A stretch of 64,000 nucleotides of DNA from Halanaerobium sp. GTDB taxonomy: Bacteria > Bacillota > Halanaerobiia > Halanaerobiales > Halanaerobiaceae. A program made the translations under genes and the position numbers. The stretch covers positions 30,245 to 94,244 of the forward strand of contig JAGYNO010000003.1 in NCBI GenBank assembly GCA_018399955.1, given 5' to 3'. Position 1 is the first letter of the stretch. The number at the start of each line of letters is the position of its first letter. Under the pieces are notes generated by a model. It did no database searches and was not told the origin of the DNA. It saw only the letters and a list, made by a program, of their open reading frames with translations. Shown here in pieces: positions 31,709 through 41,174 of this stretch.

Positions 31709-33900
31709 TGATGAATTTTATACCCAGACCCGGACAAAAAGAGGTTTTAGAGTATAGGAATGGAAAACTTGCAGTACCTGCAGTTCCGGGAGCAGGTAAG
31801 ACAACTGTATTAGCAAATCTTGCTGCAGATTTAATTTTCGAGGAAATTCCAGAAGATAAGAAAATATTAATTGTAACATATATGAATTCTGCAGTTGCTA
31901 ATTTCAGAAAAAAGATAGGGGACTTTCTGTCTGAAAAGGGGCTCCCAAGAAGCAGAGGTTATAGTGTAAAAACACTCCATTCATTAGCATTAGGTATTAT
32001 CAAGGAAAAACCAGAAGCTAGATTGATTAATCAAGACTTTGAATTAATTGAAAATGCTTTAAAATATCGCTGGATACGAGAATTGTGCAGCAGATGGACG
32101 GCTGAGAATGGTGAAAGGATGGCTAATTTCTTTAGCTTTGATAAAAATAGTTATAGATTTGATAAATCATCTGAAAAATGGAAAGAGAGAGATTTTCCAT
32201 CATTTGTGATTTCGATGATCTCACATTTTAAGATGAAACTTCTTTCAAGTGATGAACTTTTAAATATGATAAAATATTCCAATTTGAAGAAAAATAATAT
32301 ATTAGCACCTGCAGCTGAAATATATGCAGAATATGAATTAAGATTATCACAGTCAGGACTACTAGATTTTGATGATCTTGTACAGCACAGCTTAAAATTA
32401 CTGCAGGAAGATTCAGATTTTGCTGAGAGAATAGCTTCTCAATATACATATATATTTGAAGATGAAGCTCAGGATTCCAATAAGGCTCAGGAGAAGATGC
32501 TCTATCTTCTTTTAGGTAATAATGATAATTTGGTTCGAGTTGGAGACAGCAATCAAGCAATTACAGGGACTTTTACTTTATCTGATCCTTCAATATTTAG
32601 AGATTACTGCAGCTTAGAAGATGTAGAAGTGCAGACAATGTCAGTTTCAAGTAGAAGCAGTCAGGATATTATTGAGCTTGCGAATTATTTAGTTAAATGG
32701 AATAAAAAAGAGTTTGAAGAACGCGAAATTGAACCTTTAGAAGAGAAGTATATTAAAGCTGCTGCTGAGAATGATCCATTTCCTAACCCTAAACCTTCGG
32801 GCTATAGAATTGGTGTTCGCTCTTTTGGGGATTGGAAAGCAGAAAAAAAGTTTTTAGCAAGACAGGCAGTTAGAAAAGCAGCAGAAGATAATGAAAAGAC
32901 AACTGCGGTACTGATGCCTATTGGGTATCAGTTAGAAGATATAGCTTCAGAAATAATTAAGTTAGGTGGAGATTATCAAATAGCTGGCAGCAGCAGTTCA
33001 CAGTTTTTTCTTACCGAAATAGAGGTTTTACTGAAGTTTTTAACCAATCCTGATTCAGAAGAAAATCTAAAACTTTTATTTGAAGAGGTTTTTGAAAATA
33101 CTGATGAAGAAGTTTATCAAATTCTTGATGATGTTTTAACTGTTCAGCAAAATCATGAGATTCTTTTTCCACTGGAAGGTTTAAATCGGGATCATTTTGA
33201 GATGAAATTGAGAAGAAAAGATGATTTTGAAGAATTTTTTCGAAAATTGAACAAAGTACAGGGCTGGCTGGAAGCATCTTTAGAACTTCCACCAGATGAA
33301 TTAGTATTGTTTTTAGCTGAAAGAATAGAGCTTGAAGGAAAAAAACTTGCTGTTGCTCAAAACTTAGCTTTGGAATTTGGACGTTTGTTAAAACAAAATC
33401 CTGCCTGGAAACTTGATCAACTGACAGCAGAACTACCAGCTATCAGAAATAGAATTAAACAATTTGCAGAAACTTTGACAGAAATGGAAGGTTTTGAAGC
33501 TTCTCCAGATAGAGTTAGTCTTTCTACTCTGCATAAAGCTAAAGGAATGGAGTGGGATACAGTATTTATTGGAAGCATTACATCTGATCAGTTCCAGCAC
33601 AGTGATGAAGATTATTTTATGAGTGAGAAATATTATTTGAGTGAAGAAATTAAAAATCCAAAAGCAGCAGCGAGAGCAGAATTAGAATATTTATTGAATG
33701 AAAAAAAAGAAGTTGACCCTGATAAAAGAGCGAGAGAAGAGTTGATTTCGGAAAGACTCAGACTGCTTTATGTAGGAATCACAAGAGCTAGAGAAAATTT
33801 GTTTTTAAGTACTCATAAAAAAAGAGGTAACTGGGAAAAGGAACCTGCATATGTATTTACTGCATTAGAAGAATATATCAATGAAAAAAGCAGGGAGTGA
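31708..33900 (+). CDS. UvrD/REP-family ATP-dependent DNA helicase (no C-terminal nuclease domain)
   Basis: AVPGAGKT, TLHS, EDEAQD, VGDSNQAI, TLHKAKGMEW, RLLYVGITRA. Confidence 0.9.
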   Translation: MMNFIPRPGQKEVLEYRNGKLAVPAVPGAGKTTVLANLAADLIFEEIPEDKKILIVTYMNSAVANFRKKIGDFLSEKGLPRSRGYSVKTLHSLALGIIKEKPEARLINQDFELIENALKYRWIRELCSRWTAENGERMANFFSFDKNSYRFDKSSEKWKERDFPSFVISMISHFKMKLLSSDELLNMIKYSNLKKNNILAPAAEIYAEYELRLSQSGLLDFDDLVQHSLKLLQEDSDFAERIASQYTYIFEDEAQDSNKAQEKMLYLLLGNNDNLVRVGDSNQAITGTFTLSDPSIFRDYCSLEDVEVQTMSVSSRSSQDIIELANYLVKWNKKEFEEREIEPLEEKYIKAAAENDPFPNPKPSGYRIGVRSFGDWKAEKKFLARQAVRKAAEDNEKTTAVLMPIGYQLEDIASEIIKLGGDYQIAGSSSSQFFLTEIEVLLKFLTNPDSEENLKLLFEEVFENTDEEVYQILDDVLTVQQNHEILFPLEGLNRDHFEMKLRRKDDFEEFFRKLNKVQGWLEASLELPPDELVLFLAERIELEGKKLAVAQNLALEFGRLLKQNPAWKLDQLTAELPAIRNRIKQFAETLTEMEGFEASPDRVSLSTLHKAKGMEWDTVFIGSITSDQFQHSDEDYFMSEKYYLSEEIKNPKAAARAELEYLLNEKKEVDPDKRAREELISERLRLLYVGITRARENLFLSTHKKRGNWEKEPAYVFTALEEYINEKSRE

Positions 33901-33909
33901 TCTATACTA

Positions 33910-34710
33910 ATGGCATTAAAAAAGTTAAGTGAACTATATTTTTCACAGTCTGCACTTGCTATTTTTAATAAATGCAGACGTCGTTTTCGCTATAGATATC
34001 TTGATAGATTATACTGGCCTGCTGAATGGGGAATGGATGATCAAATAAAAGAAGATTTAGAAAAAGGTAGATTGTTTCACCTGCTTGCAGAGAGATATTA
34101 CAGTAATAATTTGGGGACTGCTTTATTAAAAGAAAATCAGGTACTGCAGGCCTGGTTAAATAGGCTTAAAAAGTTTTGTCCTGTTGATGAGAGTATTATT
34201 TCGGGGGAACAGGAATTAAGATATCATAATAATGATATAAAATTTTTGGCAAAATATGATTTATTAAAATATAATGATAATACTAAAGGTTTTATAATTT
34301 ATGACTGGAAAACTGATAAAAAAAGTCTTTTTAATAAAGATCTTAAAAAATCAATGCAGAGCAGATTTTATCTTTATTTATTTGTCAAAGCAGGTTCCAA
34401 ATATTTTGGAGATGAATATAATGCAGAAAAGATGCCTTCTTTAATATATTGGAATCCGAGATTTCCAGCAGAGGAGATAAAAATTAAGTATTCCAGATCA
34501 AATTTTGAAAAAGACAGGGAATTTTTTAATGATTTAATAAATGAAATAAAAAGAGAGAAGGAATTTCCGTTAACCGATAATCTCAATATCTGTCGTTATT
34601 GTGAATATCGGCCAGTATGTAGAGGTAAAAGGCAGGAAGGACAAGAGCTATTTGATGAAGATTTAGATCTTAATTTAGACTGGGAGTCAGTAGAAGAAAT
34701 GGAGTTTTAA
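33910..34710 (+). CDS. stand-alone PD-(D/E)XK nuclease (RecB/AddB/Cas4-like) with a 1+3 Cys Fe-S motif
   Basis: FSQS..C, GRLFH, E..KYD..IYDWKT, QSRFY, CRYCEYRPVC. Confidence 0.85.
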   Translation: MALKKLSELYFSQSALAIFNKCRRRFRYRYLDRLYWPAEWGMDDQIKEDLEKGRLFHLLAERYYSNNLGTALLKENQVLQAWLNRLKKFCPVDESIISGEQELRYHNNDIKFLAKYDLLKYNDNTKGFIIYDWKTDKKSLFNKDLKKSMQSRFYLYLFVKAGSKYFGDEYNAEKMPSLIYWNPRFPAEEIKIKYSRSNFEKDREFFNDLINEIKREKEFPLTDNLNICRYCEYRPVCRGKRQEGQELFDEDLDLNLDWESVEEMEF

Positions 34711-34808
34711 TATTTTTAGAACTAAAAACGATTATAAATTAAGAAAGAAGAAGATAATTAGATATTTAAATATCTAATTAATTTCGGGTATAAATAAGGT
34801 GATAACAA

Positions 34809-37103
34809 ATGCAGATTAAAAAACCCAGAAAAATAGATGTCAGCAGAGAGTTGATAGAATATATTGGCAGTGAAAAACTTGCTGTTTTAGCTGTAAAAAG
34901 AGGATTAGATACTAAAAAAAAGCTTAGAGAATTTTTCGAAGTCGAAAGTTATACTCCTCTCAGGGTAGAGGAATTTCCTAAAATAAATAAGATTGTAAAA
35001 TTCATTTTAGAATTTATAAATAATGATAAAAATATTTTGGTTTATGGTGACTATGATGTTGATGGGATCACTTCAACTTCCATTCTTGTGGATGGCTTGA
35101 GAAAATTAAGCAGTAATATCAAATATCATATTCCAGATAGATTTAAAGAGGGGTATGGATTAAATAAAGAGGTTATTAAATCATATGCAGAAGAAATTGA
35201 CTTGATTATTACCTGTGATTGTGGAATAAGTAATCATGCAGAGGTTGATTATGCAAAAGAGCTGGGGATTAACATAGTTGTTACTGATCATCATGATCTG
35301 CCAGCAGAACTGCCAGAAGCAGATTTTGTGATATCTCCTCGTTTACTGAATAAAGATCATAATGCCTACTGGCTTCCAGGTGCAGGAATGGCATATTTTT
35401 TAATAAAAGCAGTTTATATAGAAATTAATAAAAGAGGTCAAGAAGATGAGTTTCTGGATTTATTGTTATTGGCAATTATAGCTGATGTAGTACCACTTGT
35501 TGGAGAAAATAGATATTTATTTAAAACAGCTTTAAAAAAATTAAAAAATACCAAACGTGTTGGACTAAGGGCTCTTTATAATGCATTAGATATAAATCCT
35601 TCAGAAATAAATGAAAAAGTTCTCGGATTTCAGATTGGGCCAGTTTTAAATTCAGCCGGCAGAATAGATAGTGCAGAAAAAGCTCTTGAACTTTTAATTG
35701 CTAAAAATTATCATAAAGCTGCAGGCACAGCAGCAGAATTAATAGAAATCAATAAAAGAAGAAAAGAACTCAGTCAAAAGATTTATCTACAGGCAGAAGG
35801 ATCTGTTAATAAAAAGCATAAAACAGGTCTTGTAAGCTTCAATCAAGAATGGCATCAGGGTGTGATTGGGATTGCTGCAGGTAGAATTGTAGAAAATTAT
35901 CAAATACCGGCAGTTTTAATGACTTCAAATAAAGAAAATAATCTAATAACAGGTTCAGCTAGATCTGTAGAAGGTGTAAATATCAATAAAATCATAGGAG
36001 AATGTTCTGATCTACTTGAAAAACATGGAGGTCATGCAGCAGCAGCAGGATTTTCATTGAAAAAAGACAGGTTAGAAAAATTTAAACTTCGTCTGCAGAG
36101 ATTAATAGATAATAAGCTGAAAAAGCAGGACTTAAAACAGCTAATAGAACCTGAATTAGAGGTTAAACTTGATGAGATTGAAGACGAATTTTATAAAAAA
36201 ATGCGTTTATTTGCTCCATTTGGAGAAGCAAATCCTGAACCTGTTTTTTATACAGAGGCTCAAGTTTTAAGCAGCAGAAATATTTCTCAGGGTAGACATA
36301 AAAGGTTGGTTTTATCAGATGGTGATAATAAATTTACTGCTTTATGGTGGTGGGCTGATGAAGTACAGACAGGTATAAAACAAAGAGCAGCATTTAAGTT
36401 AAATGAAAACATCTACAGAGGCAAACACAGTCTTCAGCTGGAAATAAAAGCATTAGAAGTATTAGATAAAGAGCTTTCAACAGCAGACAAAGATTTGTTA
36501 GAGGGAAAAAAGGTTTTTAATATAATAGATTTGAGAGATAAAAGTAGAGAGCAGCTGGAGGTAGGGCGTGAAAATACCGTTTATTTTTTAGAAGGTAAAA
36601 ATAATCTTTCTTTATACCCCATTGTTAATAGAGATTATCAGAGAAAAGCAGAGCGTCTTGTTCTGATATCTTTTCCTCCATCAGCTGAAATATTAAAAGA
36701 AATGATTATATTAACAGGTGCAGAAGAAATTGCACTCAGCAGTATTATTGACAAGACACTGGGATTTAAAGAATTTATTAGATTGCTTATGGGGTTAATT
36801 AAACATATAATCAAAAAAAAGAATGGTGTTTTAGATATAAATGATGCTGCGGTATTTTTGAGTGAGAGGGAAATCACAGTAAAAAGAGGACTAGATTATT
36901 TGAGAGCAAAAGGGGTTTTAAATTATGAATATATCTCATATCATGAAGTTCTCATATCAAAAAATAGCACTGCTGATAAAGGGATGAGCAATCTAAGTGG
37001 GAGACAGCTTAATCAGCTTTTAAAAGAAAGCGCAGCTTTTAGGAGATATTTAAAAAGAAATAGTATTGAAAAAATAGAAAACACAATAAATAATTTGTTT
37101 TAG
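34809..37103 (+). CDS. recJ: ssDNA 5'-3' exonuclease RecJ with C-terminal extension
   Basis: YGDYDVDG, TCDCG, TDHH, ADVVPL, GSARS, GGHAAAAG, APFGEANPEP. Confidence 0.92.
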   Translation: MQIKKPRKIDVSRELIEYIGSEKLAVLAVKRGLDTKKKLREFFEVESYTPLRVEEFPKINKIVKFILEFINNDKNILVYGDYDVDGITSTSILVDGLRKLSSNIKYHIPDRFKEGYGLNKEVIKSYAEEIDLIITCDCGISNHAEVDYAKELGINIVVTDHHDLPAELPEADFVISPRLLNKDHNAYWLPGAGMAYFLIKAVYIEINKRGQEDEFLDLLLLAIIADVVPLVGENRYLFKTALKKLKNTKRVGLRALYNALDINPSEINEKVLGFQIGPVLNSAGRIDSAEKALELLIAKNYHKAAGTAAELIEINKRRKELSQKIYLQAEGSVNKKHKTGLVSFNQEWHQGVIGIAAGRIVENYQIPAVLMTSNKENNLITGSARSVEGVNINKIIGECSDLLEKHGGHAAAAGFSLKKDRLEKFKLRLQRLIDNKLKKQDLKQLIEPELEVKLDEIEDEFYKKMRLFAPFGEANPEPVFYTEAQVLSSRNISQGRHKRLVLSDGDNKFTALWWWADEVQTGIKQRAAFKLNENIYRGKHSLQLEIKALEVLDKELSTADKDLLEGKKVFNIIDLRDKSREQLEVGRENTVYFLEGKNNLSLYPIVNRDYQRKAERLVLISFPPSAEILKEMIILTGAEEIALSSIIDKTLGFKEFIRLLMGLIKHIIKKKNGVLDINDAAVFLSEREITVKRGLDYLRAKGVLNYEYISYHEVLISKNSTADKGMSNLSGRQLNQLLKESAAFRRYLKRNSIEKIENTINNLF

Positions 37104-37113
37104 AGGTGGTTTT

Positions 37114-37806
37114 ATGGAAATAAACACATATCAATTTATATCAGGTGCAAAAAAAGCAGAAGGTTTAACAGTGATAATCGATGTTTTTAGAGCTTATACC
37201 ACAGCTGCATATTTATTTGAACAGGGAGCAGAAGAGGTGTATATTGTTAGCAAAATAAAGACAGCAGAATATTTAAGAAAAAAATTAGACAATCCAGTTT
37301 TAATTGGAGAAAGAAAAGGGATTAAGCTAAAAGGATTTGATTATAATAATTCACCGTATTTTATTTCTCAGAAAAATTTTGGGGGTTGTCAGATAATATT
37401 AAGCACAAGTGCAGGCACAAAAGGAATAATTAATGCAGAAAATGCTGATGAGATTATAACCGGTAGTTTTGTCAATGTTTCAGCGGTAGCTGAGTATATC
37501 AAAACTAAATCCCCAGAAATAGTATCGCTTGTTGCAATGGGTAATAACGGTGTAAGCAGGGCAGAGGAAGATCTGCTTTATCTTGAAACATTGGAAAAAT
37601 TATTAACTGATCAGGAAATTTTATCTCAATCAGTGATCAGGGATAAGCTGATTGAAACAGCAGGCAAGCGTTTTTTTGATGAAAAAACTCAAAAAGAAAT
37701 GCCTAAAGAAGATTTCTACTATTCTTTGACATTAGATAAGTTTGATTTTATAATTAAGGCGCATAAATATGCTGAAGATATTTACCAGTTAAAAAGAGAA
37801 ATTTAA
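37114..37806 (+). CDS. comB: 2-phosphosulfolactate phosphatase family protein
   Basis: VIIDVFRAYTT, GERKG..GFDYNNSP, TSAGT, GSFVN, EED. Confidence 0.85.
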   Translation: MEINTYQFISGAKKAEGLTVIIDVFRAYTTAAYLFEQGAEEVYIVSKIKTAEYLRKKLDNPVLIGERKGIKLKGFDYNNSPYFISQKNFGGCQIILSTSAGTKGIINAENADEIITGSFVNVSAVAEYIKTKSPEIVSLVAMGNNGVSRAEEDLLYLETLEKLLTDQEILSQSVIRDKLIETAGKRFFDEKTQKEMPKEDFYYSLTLDKFDFIIKAHKYAEDIYQLKREI

Positions 37807-37865
37807 CAACTCGAATAAGTGGCTACTAAAGAAATAATTTTAATTTCATTAAGGAGGATGGTTCA

Positions 37866-38150
37866 ATGAGAAAGCTAATAGTAATTATTGTGATTATCAT
37901 GGCAGTTTTAATCGCAGGTGCTGTAACAAATCCTTCCAGAGAAGAATTTATAAGCTGGGGAATAGAAGAAATCCGTTCTGAAGCAGAATCTGATATTGAG
38001 AGGATATTTGGCAGTGCATTTGCTGGTCCGATACTGGAGATGCAGACAGAAGCTGAAGATTATGTGTTTTTTAGTATCTTCACTGTAAATAAATCTGATC
38101 GAGAAATAAGATATTTAGGTATATTCAATAATTTTTATAGTTTAGAATAA
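37866..38150 (+). CDS. small exported/membrane protein (DUF4359-like)
   Basis: N-terminal hydrophobic helix then TNPS; C-terminal YVFFSIF..LGIFNNF. Confidence 0.6.
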   Translation: MRKLIVIIVIIMAVLIAGAVTNPSREEFISWGIEEIRSEAESDIERIFGSAFAGPILEMQTEAEDYVFFSIFTVNKSDREIRYLGIFNNFYSLE

Positions 38151-38271
38151 TTAATATGTAAATAATTAATATACATTAATTTATTATCTAATAATGTTTA
38201 TTTACTGAAGGAAATATATTGAATTTAATTTTGAATAGGACAATTTATTTTTTCAATTGGAGGAGTTATTT

Positions 38272-39171
38272 ATGGATGATTATTTAATAAGAGCGATTAC
38301 AACAAATAAAGAGTTGAGGGCACTTGCTGTAAAATCTACTGAGGTTGCTGCTGAAGCCCAAAGAAGGCATCAGACTACACCTGTTGCTACTGCTGCTCTC
38401 GGGAGAGTTTTAAGTGGAGCCCTTTTAACTGGCTCATTGGTTAAGTCAGGTGAAGAAATATTACTGAAAGTTGAAGGGAATGGTCCTGCTGGCAAAATAA
38501 TTGCTGAAGCAAATCAGGAAGGTGATGTAAGAGGATATATCTCAAATCCTGATTTGGAATTTTACACAACAGACAATGGCAAATTGGATGTTGCCAGAGC
38601 AGTGGGAAATGGAGAATTATCTTTGACAAAATTCATGAGCATGAAAGAGCCATATAAAGGTAGTGTAGCATTGGTTTCTGGAGAAATTGGAGATGATTTA
38701 ACTTATTATTTTACTGCTTCTGAACAAATTCCATCTGCAGTTGGCCTTGGAGTTTTAGTTGATAAGGATTTAAGTGTAAAAGCATCTGGAGGATTTTTAA
38801 TACAGCTTTTACCAGATGCTTCAGAAGAAACCATCCAACTTTTAGAAGGTAATCTTGAAAAAATTAAATCAGTAAGTGCATTAATAGAACAAGGAATGAG
38901 TCCGGAAGATATACTTGATGAACTTCTTGGAGATTTAGAATATAGAGTTATGGCAAGAAAAAATGTTCAATTTAAATGCAGATGCAGCAGAGAAAGAAGT
39001 TATGAATTGATATCAGGTTTAGGAAGAGATGAAATTGCGGAAACTCTTAAGGAACAGGGAAAACTTGAAGTTCGCTGTCATTTCTGTAATCAAAGTTATT
39101 CCTTTGAAAAAGATGAAGTCGAAGAAATGCTAGAAGAATTAGATAAAGAAAATACAGCAGAAGAGTATTAG
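38272..39171 (+). CDS. hslO: Hsp33 redox-regulated chaperone
   Basis: AALGR, SGEIGDD, SEQIPS, zinc motif CRCS..CHFC. Confidence 0.93.
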   Translation: MDDYLIRAITTNKELRALAVKSTEVAAEAQRRHQTTPVATAALGRVLSGALLTGSLVKSGEEILLKVEGNGPAGKIIAEANQEGDVRGYISNPDLEFYTTDNGKLDVARAVGNGELSLTKFMSMKEPYKGSVALVSGEIGDDLTYYFTASEQIPSAVGLGVLVDKDLSVKASGGFLIQLLPDASEETIQLLEGNLEKIKSVSALIEQGMSPEDILDELLGDLEYRVMARKNVQFKCRCSRERSYELISGLGRDEIAETLKEQGKLEVRCHFCNQSYSFEKDEVEEMLEELDKENTAEEY

Positions 39172-40436
39172 ACAAGCTCTCTGCTGTACTTTTTTAGTCT
39201 ATTTGCAGTTGGTTTTGGAATTAAAGCCTCAAGGTATATATTGTTTTTTTGATATTCTTCTTTCAAAACCTGACCATTATTATGGATTTTTTCTATCCAG
39301 TTTGCTTTGTCATAGGGTAGGTTAAGCTGTACTTTTACCATTTTATCTTTAATAATATAATTTAATTTATCAATTAAATTCTCAATTCCGATTGATTTTA
39401 ATGCAGAAATAAATATTGAATTAGGATAGATTAGTTTTAAGTCCTGCAGCTCTGATGGGCTTAAGAGATCTATTTTATTAAAAACTTTAATAATTTTTGT
39501 TTTTTTTGGTGCTAATCTTTTTAATTCCTGATTAACTACATTGATATTTTTCTCTTTTTTTGGATCAGAGCTATCAACTAGATGGAGCAAAATATCTGCA
39601 TTTTCTATCTCTTCTAAAGTAGTTCTAAAAGAAGCTACCAGCTGGTGAGGTAGTTTGCTGATAAAACCAACTGTATCACTGATAATTAGTGTTCTTCCAA
39701 CAGGTAACTCTAATTTCCTCATAGTGGAATCTAAAGTAGCAAAAAGCTGATCAGCAACATAGCTGTCTGCATCTGTCAGTATATTCATTAGGGTTGATTT
39801 ACCTGCATTTGTATAGCCGATTAGGGCAGCAATAGGATCTCTGCGGCTGCTGCTCTGTACTTCGCGGCTTGCTTTAATATCTTTCAAATTCTGTTTTAGA
39901 CGATATATTTTCTTTTCAATTCTTCTGCGGTCAACCTCAAGTTTTGTTTCTCCTGGTCCTCTTGTGCCGATTCCACCAGCAAGTCTGGACATTTCTATTC
40001 CTCTACCCTGTAATCTGGGCAGCCTATATTCTAACTGTGCTAGTTCTACCTGTATTTTACTTTCACGACTATGGGCATGATGGGCAAAAATATCTAGTAT
40101 TACCTGAGAACGGTCTATAACTTTTATTCCAATCTCATCTTCAAGATTTCTCTGCTGGACAGGAGAAAGTTCATTATCAAAGACAATTAGATTAGCAGAG
40201 AGAGTCTCAGCAGCATTTTTTATTTCATTCACTTTGCCTCTGCCAATATAAAAAGCAGGATCAATTTTTCGATCGTGATATGTCATTGTCAATACAGTTT
40301 CAGCACCAGCAGTTTCTACCAGTAGTTCTAATTCATTTAAATCACTTTCATTAGCACCTACAAGTACAGCTTTTTCTATTAGGTTATTTACTTTATACAT
40401 TTCATTTATTTTATTGATTTCAAAATTATTGTTAAT
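39168..40436 (-). CDS. hflX: ribosome-splitting GTPase HflX (first ATG at 40400; probable ATT start at 40436)
   Basis: GIGTRGPGET, GYTNAGKST, LFATLD, DTVGFI, NKID. Confidence 0.93.
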   Translation of the reverse strand: MNNNFEINKINEMYKVNNLIEKAVLVGANESDLNELELLVETAGAETVLTMTYHDRKIDPAFYIGRGKVNEIKNAAETLSANLIVFDNELSPVQQRNLEDEIGIKVIDRSQVILDIFAHHAHSRESKIQVELAQLEYRLPRLQGRGIEMSRLAGGIGTRGPGETKLEVDRRRIEKKIYRLKQNLKDIKASREVQSSSRRDPIAALIGYTNAGKSTLMNILTDADSYVADQLFATLDSTMRKLELPVGRTLIISDTVGFISKLPHQLVASFRTTLEEIENADILLHLVDSSDPKKEKNINVVNQELKRLAPKKTKIIKVFNKIDLLSPSELQDLKLIYPNSIFISALKSIGIENLIDKLNYIIKDKMVKVQLNLPYDKANWIEKIHNNGQVLKEEYQKNNIYLEALIPKPTANRLKKYSRELV

Positions 40437-40554
40437 AATATTACCCCCTAATTTATCTTCTTATCTCTATTATAACATTTATAAATGTTTTCTAAAATGT
40501 TTTTTTGAATTTAAAATGATGATCTGATTTTGAATTATAAAATTTTTATAATAA

Positions 40555-40583
40555 TTGATAAAAGTTCTTAAATGTACTATAAT
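40555..40583 (+). promoter_or_regulatory. sigma-A promoter upstream of the GIY-YIG/pcrA/ligA/gatCAB run
   Basis: TTGATA-17-TATAAT. Confidence 0.6.
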
Positions 40584-40721
40584 TATATTGCCGCTTATAC
40601 CGGCATTTTTCTGTTGCTTTTAAGATATTCGTTAAGTTTATTGGAAATTTAATTTTTAGAATAGAGGTTTTTGAAATACAATTAAACAACAAATCTTGTT
40701 TAAATTTTTATGGAGGCAATA

Positions 40722-41174
40722 ATGAAAGATTACCCAGATAGTGGTGTATATCTACTAAAGTTAAAATTAGAAGAGGATAAAAATATTGAAATAGGAGCTT
40801 TAGGTCAGAAAGATTTTCCTGCAGGATATTTTTTTTATGCAGGTACAGCGCAAAAGAATCTCAAGTCGAGAATAAAAAGACATTACAGTAAAGAAAAAAA
40901 GTTGCACTGGCATATAGATTATTTGCTTAAGGAAGCTGAGTTAATTAATGATTATATTTTTGAATTACCCAGAGAGGGAGAGTGTTTTCTTGCTGAGCTT
41001 ATGCAGTTAAACGGTGGCCAGGTTTTAGTTGATGGCTTTGGAGCCAGTGACTGCAGCTGCAGGAGTCATCTTATTTATTTTTCATTTGAAAAAGGAGCTA
41101 TCTTTAGTAATAATAAATTAGATGAATTAGATCTTAAAAAAGAATTTAGAAAGTATCAATCAAGGAGTGGTTAG
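40722..41174 (+). CDS. GIY-YIG/Uri superfamily endonuclease (DUF123)
   Basis: GVYLL, FFYAGTA..RIKRH, HWHIDYL, GFGASDCSCRSHL. Confidence 0.85.
   Translation: MKDYPDSGVYLLKLKLEEDKNIEIGALGQKDFPAGYFFYAGTAQKNLKSRIKRHYSKEKKLHWHIDYLLKEAELINDYIFELPREGECFLAELMQLNGGQVLVDGFGASDCSCRSHLIYFSFEKGAIFSNNKLDELDLKKEFRKYQSRSG

Noticed and set aside
33910-34710. Cas4-like nuclease as evidence of a CRISPR-Cas locus
   Set aside because: No repeat-spacer array or other cas genes seen; the context is helicases and recJ
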